A stretch of 64,000 nt of DNA from Candidatus Aldehydirespirator sp. (lineage in GTDB: Bacteria > Actinomycetota > Acidimicrobiia > Acidimicrobiales > Aldehydirespiratoraceae): assembly GCA_965221215.1 (NCBI GenBank), contig OZ244872.1:1636936-1700935 (forward strand), written 5' to 3'. Under the pieces are notes generated by a model, which was not told where the DNA came from, searched no databases, and saw only the letters and a program-made list of their open reading frames with translations. Positions 28,071 to 36,441 of the stretch are shown here, in pieces; within the stretch, counting starts at the first letter, position 1; the number at the start of each line of letters is the position of its first letter. The translations under genes were made by a program, and so were the position numbers.

Positions 28071-29356
28071 GGCGACACCACCCGCACCGCGGCTATCCGC
28101 AGCCCGTCCACCGCCACCACCTCGAGGCGCCAGCCGCCCACGGTGACGATCTCGCCGGGCACCGGGATGTGGCCCAAGCGGTCGAGCACCAGGCCGGCCA
28201 GCGTCTCGTAGTCGCCCTCAGGCATCTCGAACCCCGTCGATTCCCGCACCTCGTCGATGTGCAGCGAAGCGGGCAGCACCGTCGAGCCCCGCGACTCCGA
28301 CCGGGTGCGCTCGGGAGTGGAGCTGTCGTGCTCGTCGTCGATCTCGCCGACGATCTCCTCCAACACGTCCTCCAGGGTGATGATCCCGGCCGTGCCGCCG
28401 TGCTCGTCCACCACCACCGCCAGCAGCCCCGCTCCGGCGCGCAGGTCGTCGAGCATGTCGTCGAGGTCGCGGGACTCCGGCACGGCCAGCACCGGCTTCA
28501 TCAGCTCCGACACCGGGGTGGACGCCCGCTGCTCGACCGGCACCGCGAACAGCGACTTGACGTGCACCACACCGGCGACGTCGTCGAGGTGGTCGGCCAC
28601 CACCGGGAACCGCGAGTGGCCGGTGCGGGCCGCCACCTCGGCCAGCTCGGCCACCGAGGCGTCGGCGGGCACGGCCACCACCTCCACCCTCGGCACCATG
28701 GCGTCGTCGGCCTGCTTGTCGGCCAGCCGTATCGACCGGGTGAGCAGCCGCACCTCGCCCTCGTCGAGCATCCCCTCCTCGCCCGAGGCCACGAAGAGGT
28801 GCTCGAGCTCGTCGCGGTCGGGCACGGTCTCGAGCTCCTCGCGGGGCTCGATGCCGAGGCGGCGCACCAGCCAGTTGGCCGACTCGTTGAGGAACACCAC
28901 CACCGGGCGGGCCAGCACCCCGTACACGGTGGTGGGCACGGCCACCGCCACCGCGGTTCCGTACGGCTTGGTGGTGGCCACCGCCTTGGGGACGAGCTCG
29001 CCCAGCACCATGTGCACGACGGTGGCCAAAATCAGCGCGACCGCCACCGAGACGCCCCAGGGCGTGTCCGCCCCGAACAGCGCCTCGACGCCGGGCTCGA
29101 TCATGGGCGCCAGCGCCGGCTCGACCATGAAGCCGAGCAGCAGCGACGACACCGTTATCCCGATCTGGGCGCCGGAGAGGTGGACCGACAGCCGGGCCGC
29201 CAGGCGCTGGATCATCCGGGCGCGCCGGTCGCCGGCGCCGGCCCGTTCGTCCACTCGGGTCCGATCCACCGCCACCAGAGCGAACTCCATGGCGACGAAG
29301 AAGGCAGTGGCGGCTATCAGCGCCAGAGCGGCCAACAGCCACAGCGCGATCTCTAT
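28067..29356 (-). CDS. Hemolysin/CNNM family (DUF21 + CBS + CorC) membrane protein
   Basis: FFVAMEFALV, AQIGIT, GELVPK, GHSRFPV, VDEHGGTAGIITLED and a CorC-like end. Start is ATA 29356 (GGAGG 5 nt upstream) or TTG 29335. Confidence 0.9.
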   Translation of the reverse strand: MEIALWLLAALALIAATAFFVAMEFALVAVDRTRVDERAGAGDRRARMIQRLAARLSVHLSGAQIGITVSSLLLGFMVEPALAPMIEPGVEALFGADTPWGVSVAVALILATVVHMVLGELVPKAVATTKPYGTAVAVAVPTTVYGVLARPVVVFLNESANWLVRRLGIEPREELETVPDRDELEHLFVASGEEGMLDEGEVRLLTRSIRLADKQADDAMVPRVEVVAVPADASVAELAEVAARTGHSRFPVVADHLDDVAGVVHVKSLFAVPVEQRASTPVSELMKPVLAVPESRDLDDMLDDLRAGAGLLAVVVDEHGGTAGIITLEDVLEEIVGEIDDEHDSSTPERTRSESRGSTVLPASLHIDEVRESTGFEMPEGDYETLAGLVLDRLGHIPVPGEIVTVGGWRLEVVAVDGLRIAAVRVVSP

Positions 29357-29493
29357 CGCTTCCTCCCAGGATCGTCGGGGCCTTAAGGCCGCGAATCTAC
29401 CCGACGGCCAGCACGTCCGACTCCGAACCGCCGGCAGGGATCGTCGGGGCCAGTCCGCCGCGAAGCTGCTCTCGCTCGCTCTAGCTTGGCCTG

Positions 29494-31296
29494 ATGCCTT
29501 CGCCTGGCCTGCACCCCGACCGCAGCCGGTTGTGGCTGCGGCGGATCCTGCCGGTGGTGGTGCCCTACCGGGCCAGGTTCGCGGCCTCCGCCGCGGCCGG
29601 CCTGGTGTCGGTGGCGGCCACCGCGGCGGTGCCGGTGGCCATCGGGCGGGGGGTGGACGCAGCCGCGGCCGGTGAGGCGCTGCGGCCCTGGGTGCTGGCG
29701 GTGGCCGCTTTGGCCGCGGCCCGATTCGGGCTGGGCTTCGCCTACCGCTACGGGCTGTTCCGCACCGCCCACTGCATCGAGGCCGACCTGCGCAACCTCG
29801 TGTACGAGCGCCTCACCGAACTGTCGTTCTCGTATTGGGACCGCACCCAGACGGGGCAGGTCATCTCGCGGGCCAACAGCGACATTCGCTCCATCCAGCT
29901 GCTCTTCGCCTTCGGCCCGCTGGTGGCCATGCAGATGGCGCTGCTGGTGATGGGCACCGCCGCCATGGTGGCGCTGTCGCTGCCGCTGACCGCAGTGGCG
30001 ATGGCGCCTCTGCCGCTGGTGCTGTACGTGGGGGTCCGGCTGCGCAACCGGGTCTTCCCGCTCACCTGGGTGACGCAGGCCCGGATGGCCGACGTGGCCA
30101 TGATCGTGGACGAGAACATCCAGGGCGCCCAGGTGGTGCGCACCTTCGCCCAGGAGCAGGCCCAGGTGGAGCTGCTGGCCCGGTCGGCCCGGCGGCTGCG
30201 CTGGGCGGGCACGGCCACCGCCAGCGCCCGGGCCCGCCACGCCCCCCTGATGGAGGCGCTGCCCCGGTTCGGGCTGGCGCTGGTGCTGCTGGTGGGCGGG
30301 CTGCTGGCCATCGACGGCGCCGTAGCGGTGGGCGACATCGTGGCCTTCAACGCCTACGTGCTGCTGATGGCGGCCCCGTTCCGGATGATCGGCTTCGTGC
30401 TGATCCAATGGCAGCGGGCCTCGGCCGCGGCCCAGCGTGTGTTCGAGATACTCGACGAGTCGCCCGAGATCACCGAGCGCCCCGATGCCGTGGGCCTGGT
30501 GGCGCCGGCGGGCCGGGTGGAGTTCGACGACGTGGGCTTCGCCTACGGCACCGGCGACGGCGCCGCCATCCTCGACGGCTTCGCGCTCACCGTGGAACCC
30601 GGCGAGACGGTGGCGGTGGTGGGCCGCACCGGCAGCGGCAAGAGCACACTGGGCCGGCTGCTGCCCCGCTTCTACGACGTCGACCGGGGCGCGGTGCGCG
30701 TCGACGGCGTCGACGTGCGGGATCTGCGCCTGTCGGATCTGCGCCGGGCGGTGACGGTGGCCACCGACGACCCGTTCCTGTTCGCGGCCAGCGTCCGCGA
30801 CAACGTGGCCTTCGCCCGCCCCGACGCCGACGAGGCCTCGGTGGCGGTGGCGCTGGTGGACGCAGCCGCGGGGGGCTTCGTGGCGGCCATGCCCGGCGGC
30901 GCCGACGCCAGACTCGGCGAGCGGGGCTCGACCATCTCCGGCGGCCAGCGCCAGCGGGTCGCCATCGCCCGGGCCCTGGTAGCCGATCCGGCGGTGCTGG
31001 TGCTCGACGACGCCACCAGCGCCATCGACACCGAGGTGGAGGAGCGCATCCACTCGGCCCTGCGCCGACGGCGCTCGCAGCGCACCACCATCGTGATCGC
31101 CCACCGCCTGTCCACCATCGCGCTGGCCGACCGGGTGGTGTTCATCGCCGACGGTCAGGCCGCGGCCAGCGGCAGCCACCGCCATCTGCTGGCGACGGTT
31201 CCCGCCTACGCCGAGGTGCTCACCGATATGGGCGCCGCCAACGATGCGGCCCGCTCCCCCGACCGGCTCCGCGACCCTCAGTCTTCCGATGGCTGA
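29494..31296 (+). CDS. ABC exporter half (TMD + NBD), MsbA/Atm1-like
   Basis: GRTGSGKST, ISGGQRQR, VLDDATS. TAGCTT -10 at 29482-29487. Confidence 0.92.
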   Translation: MPSPGLHPDRSRLWLRRILPVVVPYRARFAASAAAGLVSVAATAAVPVAIGRGVDAAAAGEALRPWVLAVAALAAARFGLGFAYRYGLFRTAHCIEADLRNLVYERLTELSFSYWDRTQTGQVISRANSDIRSIQLLFAFGPLVAMQMALLVMGTAAMVALSLPLTAVAMAPLPLVLYVGVRLRNRVFPLTWVTQARMADVAMIVDENIQGAQVVRTFAQEQAQVELLARSARRLRWAGTATASARARHAPLMEALPRFGLALVLLVGGLLAIDGAVAVGDIVAFNAYVLLMAAPFRMIGFVLIQWQRASAAAQRVFEILDESPEITERPDAVGLVAPAGRVEFDDVGFAYGTGDGAAILDGFALTVEPGETVAVVGRTGSGKSTLGRLLPRFYDVDRGAVRVDGVDVRDLRLSDLRRAVTVATDDPFLFAASVRDNVAFARPDADEASVAVALVDAAAGGFVAAMPGGADARLGERGSTISGGQRQRVAIARALVADPAVLVLDDATSAIDTEVEERIHSALRRRRSQRTTIVIAHRLSTIALADRVVFIADGQAAASGSHRHLLATVPAYAEVLTDMGAANDAARSPDRLRDPQSSDG

Positions 31297-31411
31297 ACGA
31301 CTGTCCATCGGAACCGGCGCCAGGCGCAGGTGCGACACCCGGATCGACTCGCTGGCCCGCTCGATGAACGAACCGGCCATCGGAGCCGGCACCGACAGCA
31401 GGCGCGGCTGA
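31289..31411 (+). CDS. Putative 40-aa relay mini-ORF between the two ABC exporter genes
   Basis: ATG overlaps the upstream stop (ATGGCTGA); its TGA overlaps the downstream ATG (TGATG); no internal stop. Expression is unproven. Confidence 0.4.
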   Translation: MAERLSIGTGARRRCDTRIDSLARSMNEPAIGAGTDSRRG

Positions 31412-33333
31412 TGTTCTCGTCTCCAGTGGGGATGCGCAGCGGCCCGAGCTCGGTGCAGGCCGCGGCCCAGGCCGGTCTGCCCCACGCCGAGGTGCCCGGC
31501 GACCTGAGGGCCCGGGTCGAGCGGGTGCTGGCCGACGAGCCGGACCATCGGGACCCGGCAGTGCAGTGGTCCCGCACCGCCGACGAGTCCGAGGGCCGGT
31601 TCGGGCTGGGACGGTTCCTGTGGCCCCACCGCTACCGGCTGGCGATGGCCCTGCTGCTGGTGACGGCCGAGACGGTGGCGCTGCAACTCGGTCCCGTGCT
31701 CACCCAGATCGGGGTGGACCACGGCATCGTGGCCGGCGACCGCCGCGTGCTGGTGACCGCCGCGCTGGCCTATGCAGGCCTGCTGGCGGTGGCCGCCGCG
31801 GCCGCCGCGGCCCGCACCGCGTTCACGGGCCGGCTCGGCGAGCGGCTGCTGGAGCGCCTGCGAGTGCGAACGTTCGAGCACATGCAGCGCCAGCAGATGG
31901 ACTTCTATACCACCGAGCGGGCCGGCGTGCTGCTGACCCGCATGACCTCTGACATCGAGGCGCTGTCGGTGCTGTTCAACGAGGGCGTCGTCAACTTCGC
32001 GCTCCAGGGGCTCACCCTGGCGGTGATCACCGTTCTGCTGTTCAACTACGACCCGCTGCTGGCCCTGGTCACCCTGGCCGCGGCGGTGCCGGCGACGGTG
32101 GCGTCGTCGATGTGGTTCCGGCGGCGGGCCGCGGCCGACTACCGCAACGTGCGCGACCGCATCGGCGACCTGCTCGGCAACCTCCAGGAGTCGCTGGCCG
32201 GGATCCGGGTGATCGCGGCCCACGACCGGCGCGACGTCAGCGTGGCCGAGCACCGCCGGGTCGTGAACCGCCACCGCGACGCCAACCTGCGAGCCTCGCG
32301 GGCCAACTCGCTGTACGGTCCCGGCAGCGAGGCCATCGGCATCGCCACCCAGGCCGTGCTGCTGGGCGTGGGCGGGGCCATGACCGCCAGCGGCCGGATC
32401 ACGGTGGGAGAGCTGGCCGCCTACCTGCTGTTCCTGACCGCCTTCTTCGCGCCGGTGCAGGCCCTGGTGCAGCTCTACAACTCGTACCAGCAGGGCGGCG
32501 CGGCCATCGCCAAGCTGCGCGAGCTGTTCAACACCCGGCCCTCGGTGACCGACCGTCCCGGCGCGGCGGCTCTGGCGCCGGTGCGCGGCGAGATCGACCT
32601 CGACGGCGTCTGCTTCTCGTACCGAGACGGCCACCCGGTGCTACACGACGTGAGCCTGCACGTCTCGCCGGGGGAGACGGTGGCGCTGGTGGGCGAGACC
32701 GGGGCCGGCAAGTCGACCATCGCCCGGCTCATCGCCCGGCTGTACGACCCCACGCAGGGGGCGGTGCGCATCGACGGCCGCGACCTGCGCGACGTCACCG
32801 TCACCAGCCTGCGTTCCCAGATCGGCGTGGTGTCGCAGGAGCCGTTCCTGTTTGCGGGCACGGTGCGCGACAACGTGGGCTTCGCTCGACCCGGCGCCAG
32901 CGACGCCGAACTGCTGGCCGCCCTGGACGCGGTGGGCATGGGCGAGGTGGCTGAGCGCCTCGGCGGGCTCGACGGCGTGGTCCACGAGCGGGGGGCCACC
33001 CTGTCGGCGGGCGAGCGCCAACTCCTGGCCTTGGCCCGGACGTTCGTGTCGGAGCCGCGGGTGCTGGTGCTCGACGAGGCCACCAGCAACCTCGACCTGC
33101 GCTCGGAGGCCCAGATCGAGCAGGCCCTCGACGTGATGTTGAGGGGGCGGACCGCGGTGATCATCGCCCACCGCCTGGCCACGGCCCGGCGGGCCGACCG
33201 GATCGCGGTGATGGACGCGGGACGCATCGTCGAGATCGGCAGCCACCGCGAGCTGGTGGAAGCGGGCGGGCGCTATGCCACCATGTTCGCCATGTGGGAG
33301 AGCCACGCCGCCACCGACGCTGCGACCCGATGA
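31411..33333 (+). CDS. ABC exporter half (TMD + NBD), heterodimer partner
   Basis: GETGAGKST, degenerate signature LSAGERQ, VLDEATS, IIAHRL. Confidence 0.92.
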   Translation: MFSSPVGMRSGPSSVQAAAQAGLPHAEVPGDLRARVERVLADEPDHRDPAVQWSRTADESEGRFGLGRFLWPHRYRLAMALLLVTAETVALQLGPVLTQIGVDHGIVAGDRRVLVTAALAYAGLLAVAAAAAAARTAFTGRLGERLLERLRVRTFEHMQRQQMDFYTTERAGVLLTRMTSDIEALSVLFNEGVVNFALQGLTLAVITVLLFNYDPLLALVTLAAAVPATVASSMWFRRRAAADYRNVRDRIGDLLGNLQESLAGIRVIAAHDRRDVSVAEHRRVVNRHRDANLRASRANSLYGPGSEAIGIATQAVLLGVGGAMTASGRITVGELAAYLLFLTAFFAPVQALVQLYNSYQQGGAAIAKLRELFNTRPSVTDRPGAAALAPVRGEIDLDGVCFSYRDGHPVLHDVSLHVSPGETVALVGETGAGKSTIARLIARLYDPTQGAVRIDGRDLRDVTVTSLRSQIGVVSQEPFLFAGTVRDNVGFARPGASDAELLAALDAVGMGEVAERLGGLDGVVHERGATLSAGERQLLALARTFVSEPRVLVLDEATSNLDLRSEAQIEQALDVMLRGRTAVIIAHRLATARRADRIAVMDAGRIVEIGSHRELVEAGGRYATMFAMWESHAATDAATR

Positions 33334-33443
33334 CACCGACGACAACCATGACGCCGAGACGGACAGTGACGCCGACGCAGACAGTGACGCGGGTGCCGTC
33401 AACGAGGTCGAGCCACGCCGCCACCGACGGCGCGATCCGATGA
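33330..33443 (+). CDS. Putative 37-aa relay mini-ORF
   Basis: Begins at ATGA 33330-33333 (upstream stop) and ends at ATGA 33440-33443 (downstream start); flanked by a 42-bp duplicated junction. Confidence 0.45.
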   Translation: MTPTTTMTPRRTVTPTQTVTRVPSTRSSHAATDGAIR

Positions 33444-34261
33444 CGCCGACGCCCACATCGAGCCGCGACGACGCGGTGCTTTCACTGCGGGGGGTTCAGC
33501 GCACTATCGACGGCGCCCGCCTGCTGGGTGACATCGACTGGGAGGTGCATCCGGGCCAGCGGTGGGTGGTGCTCGGCCCCAACGGCTCGGGCAAGACAAC
33601 CCTGGTGCGGATCGCCACGATGTGGGACCACCCCTCCGCCGGAGTGGTCGAGTTGCTGGGCGAGCGGCTGGGACAGACCGATGTGCGGCGGCTGCGGGCC
33701 GGCGTCGGGTTCACCAGCGCGGCGATGGCCGCCATGTTGCAGCCGTCGCTGACCGCGGCGGAGGTGGTGATGACGGCCAAGCACGCCGCGCTGGCCCCGT
33801 GGTGGCATGCCTACGACGCCGACGACGCCGATCGGGCTCGGGCCGCCCTGGAGCGGGTCGGCTGCGGGGACCGCCTCGATCAGCGTTTCGGGACGCTGTC
33901 GTCGGGCGAGCGCCAGCGGGTGCTGCTGGCCCGAACCCTGTCGACGGCGCCGGGAGTGATCGTCCTCGACGAGCCCAACGCCGGACTCGACCTCGCCGGC
34001 CGCGAGCAGCTACTGGCCACGCTGAGCCGTCTGGCCGCCGACCCGCAGACCCCGCCGCTGGTGCTGGTGACCCACCACACCGACGAGATCCCCGACGGTT
34101 TCACCCACGCCCTGCTGATGCGAGACGGCGCGGTGCTGGCCGCCGGTCCGCTGGACGAGACCCTGACCAGCGAGAGCCTGTCGGAATGCTTCGGCCTCGA
34201 TCTAACCCTCGAGCGCCGCCACGGCCGCTGGCACGCCCAAGCCCATCAGCCGAGCGAATAG
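33440..34261 (+). CDS. ABC ATP-binding protein, YlmA/ModF-like
   Basis: GPNGSGKTT, LSSGERQRV, LDEPNAGLD, LVTHH. Confidence 0.88.
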   Translation: MTPTPTSSRDDAVLSLRGVQRTIDGARLLGDIDWEVHPGQRWVVLGPNGSGKTTLVRIATMWDHPSAGVVELLGERLGQTDVRRLRAGVGFTSAAMAAMLQPSLTAAEVVMTAKHAALAPWWHAYDADDADRARAALERVGCGDRLDQRFGTLSSGERQRVLLARTLSTAPGVIVLDEPNAGLDLAGREQLLATLSRLAADPQTPPLVLVTHHTDEIPDGFTHALLMRDGAVLAAGPLDETLTSESLSECFGLDLTLERRHGRWHAQAHQPSE

Positions 34262-34362
34262 ACCCGAGACCGTCGGCAGAGTCGGCGCGGACGCGCCTGG
34301 GTACACATCGTCGCACGCCGGTAGCTTCCCATGATGGTGTTCGGTGGGTGGCCGGTGTCGGT

Positions 34363-35562
34363 ATGACCGCCGGCTTCGACATGACGGCACTGCTGCGGCC
34401 AGGGCTCCCCGCAGAGGCGGCCGAATGGACCGGGGATCCGCCGTTCAACTTCGTCGGTGGCCACAACGACCCGGCCAGCGTGCCCTTCGGCGGCCTGGCT
34501 GAGGCCGCGGCGACAGCGCTGGCTCGCCACGGCCCGGCCCTAGCCGCATACAACCTCGCGGGCAGTCCCCAGGGCCACCTGCCGCTGCGGGAGTTCGTGG
34601 CGGAGGCACTGGCCCGCCGGGCGCAGATGCCCACCGACCCGTCGGAGGTCCTGGTCACGTCGGGGTCGCTGCAGGCTCTCGACCTGGTGAACGCCGCCCT
34701 GCTCGCTCCCGGCGACGCCGTGGTCGTCGAGAAGTCCACCTACGCGGGCACCCTGAGCCGCCTGGCCGACCTGGGCGCCGAGGTGCACGGCGTCGAACTC
34801 GATTCCGACGGGATGCGTATCGACCACCTCGACGAGGTGCTGGAGTCGCTGAGCCGCCGAGGCCGGCGACCGAAGTTCGTCTACACGATCCCGACCGTGC
34901 AGAACCCCACTGGCACGGTGATGCCACCGACGCGCCGGCTCGAGCTGCTGGAGACGGCCCGACGCCACGGGATCGCCGTGTTCGAGGACGACTGCTACGC
35001 CGACCTGACCTTCGACGGCGAGCGTCCGCCCACGATCCGCTCGCTCGACGCCGGTGGCGGCCAGGTCGTGTATTGCGGCTCGTTCTCCAAGACGCTCGCC
35101 CCGTCCCTGCGGCTGGGCTACGTGGTGGCCGACTGGCCGGTGATGAGCCGGCTGCTGGCGCTCAAGACCGACGCCGGATCGGGTGCGCTGGAGCAGATCA
35201 CCGTGGCCGAGTACGCCGCCGCCCACTTCGACGACCACGTCAAGGCGCTCACCGCGGCGCTGCACAACAAGTGTGACGCCCTCTGCGGCGCTCTGCGGGG
35301 CAGCTTCGGTGACCTGGCCCGCTTCGAGGCGCCGAAAGGCGGGATCTTCGTGTGGGTGGCGCTGCCCGACGGCATCGACACCGACCGGCTGGTGGCACCC
35401 GCCGCGGCGCGCGGTGTGGAGTTCAATCCGGGATCGGCCTGGTGCACCGATCCCGACTACGGAGCGAGCCGCATGCGCCTGTGCTTCGGCCATCTTCGCC
35501 CCGACGCGATCACAACCGGCATCGCCGCCCTGGCTGAAGTAGTGCGAGAAAGCCTGCACTGA
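34363..35562 (+). CDS. PLP-dependent class I aminotransferase (MocR/LysN-like)
   Basis: TIPTVQNPTG, EDDCY, GSFSKTLAPSLRLG. Confidence 0.9.
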   Translation: MTAGFDMTALLRPGLPAEAAEWTGDPPFNFVGGHNDPASVPFGGLAEAAATALARHGPALAAYNLAGSPQGHLPLREFVAEALARRAQMPTDPSEVLVTSGSLQALDLVNAALLAPGDAVVVEKSTYAGTLSRLADLGAEVHGVELDSDGMRIDHLDEVLESLSRRGRRPKFVYTIPTVQNPTGTVMPPTRRLELLETARRHGIAVFEDDCYADLTFDGERPPTIRSLDAGGGQVVYCGSFSKTLAPSLRLGYVVADWPVMSRLLALKTDAGSGALEQITVAEYAAAHFDDHVKALTAALHNKCDALCGALRGSFGDLARFEAPKGGIFVWVALPDGIDTDRLVAPAAARGVEFNPGSAWCTDPDYGASRMRLCFGHLRPDAITTGIAALAEVVRESLH

Positions 35563-35581
35563 CCAGCGGGCCGCGCACCCC

Positions 35582-35738
35582 CTAGAGGCCGAGCGAATAG
35601 GTGAGAGATTCCGGCCCATACGGGCGAGGCCGTGGGCTGTGTCACTGGGGTTTGGGCGGCCCGTGAGCGCAGCGCACAAGAGTGGGAGACGCCCCGCGGC
35701 GACGCGACCGTCTCTCACCTATTTGCGCGCGCTTCTAG
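35582..35738. mobile_element. MITE-like non-coding element bounded by CTAG with imperfect terminal inverted repeats
   Basis: CTAG at 35582 and 35735; perfect 13-bp IR AATAGGTGAGAGA (35596-35608) / TCTCTCACCTATT (35711-35723); outer arms partly complementary; no coding capacity. Confidence 0.55.
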
Positions 35739-36397
35739 GTTGCGGCCAGGCCCAGACCAGCCACAGCGCCGGCCGGTCGGATGGCCAGGAGCACGCCCTC
35801 GACCACGTCCACGGTGGGCGGCGCGGCCACGATCACGTTGGACGTGCCGCGTCCGGAGGTGGGGTTCAGCGCCTCCTGGGCCAGCGGGAACAGCAGCCCG
35901 GTGGTGGACGCCACCAGCGCGGGCCCGCCCACCGCCAGCAGCGACACGACCTCGCCCACCTCGCCCCGCAGCCGGCGCAGGCCCCGCACCACGGTCACAT
36001 GGGCCTCCCCCACCGTGGCCGAGATCTCCAGCGCAGCCCAGCGGGGCGAGGCCAGCACAACCAGGCTGGCCATGGCCTGATCGAGCCGCCCGCCGGCGGG
36101 CAGCAGCACATGCACCGCCTCAACCTGGGCCAGCGCCGCGGCCATGGCCAGTTCGAGATCGGTAGCGTCCTTGTCGATGGGATGGGAGTCGATGACTGCG
36201 CCGTCCCGCTTGGCCCAGTCCAGCGCGGCCTCGCTGGCGGAGTCCAGGTCGCCCACCACCGCGTCGACCCGCAGTCGCCAGCGCCGGGCCGCATCGAGTC
36301 CGCCGTCGGCCGCGATCACCAGATCGGGCGATCCGGTGGCCGGCGCCTCGCCGTGCTGGTCGCCCGCTACCAGCAGGGCCCACGACCTGCGCTTCAC
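35735..36397 (-). CDS. thiN: Thiamine diphosphokinase
   Basis: IAADGGL, VVGDLDS, DKDATDLELA, GGRLDQ, GTSNVI. Confidence 0.9.
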   Translation of the reverse strand: MKRRSWALLVAGDQHGEAPATGSPDLVIAADGGLDAARRWRLRVDAVVGDLDSASEAALDWAKRDGAVIDSHPIDKDATDLELAMAAALAQVEAVHVLLPAGGRLDQAMASLVVLASPRWAALEISATVGEAHVTVVRGLRRLRGEVGEVVSLLAVGGPALVASTTGLLFPLAQEALNPTSGRGTSNVIVAAPPTVDVVEGVLLAIRPAGAVAGLGLAAT

Positions 36398-36441
36398 AGG
36401 ATCGTGCCCCGGCGCGCTCGAGCCGTGCCGGGGCCGGTCAC
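36394..36441 (-). CDS. Putative 15-aa relay mini-ORF between the M23 peptidase and thiN
   Basis: GTGA overlap with the M23 stop (36441-36438) and GTGA overlap with the thiN start (36397-36394); open frame (M)TGPGTARARRGTIL. Confidence 0.4.
   Translation of the reverse strand: MTGPGTARARRGTIL

Noticed and set aside
29383-32634. 1083-aa minus-strand ORF and similar long antisense ORFs (for example 126-1490, 21826-24354, 46427-48835, 57609-59666)
   Set aside because: Shadow frames opposite motif-supported genes; expected from G/C-rich third positions. They show no family motifs.
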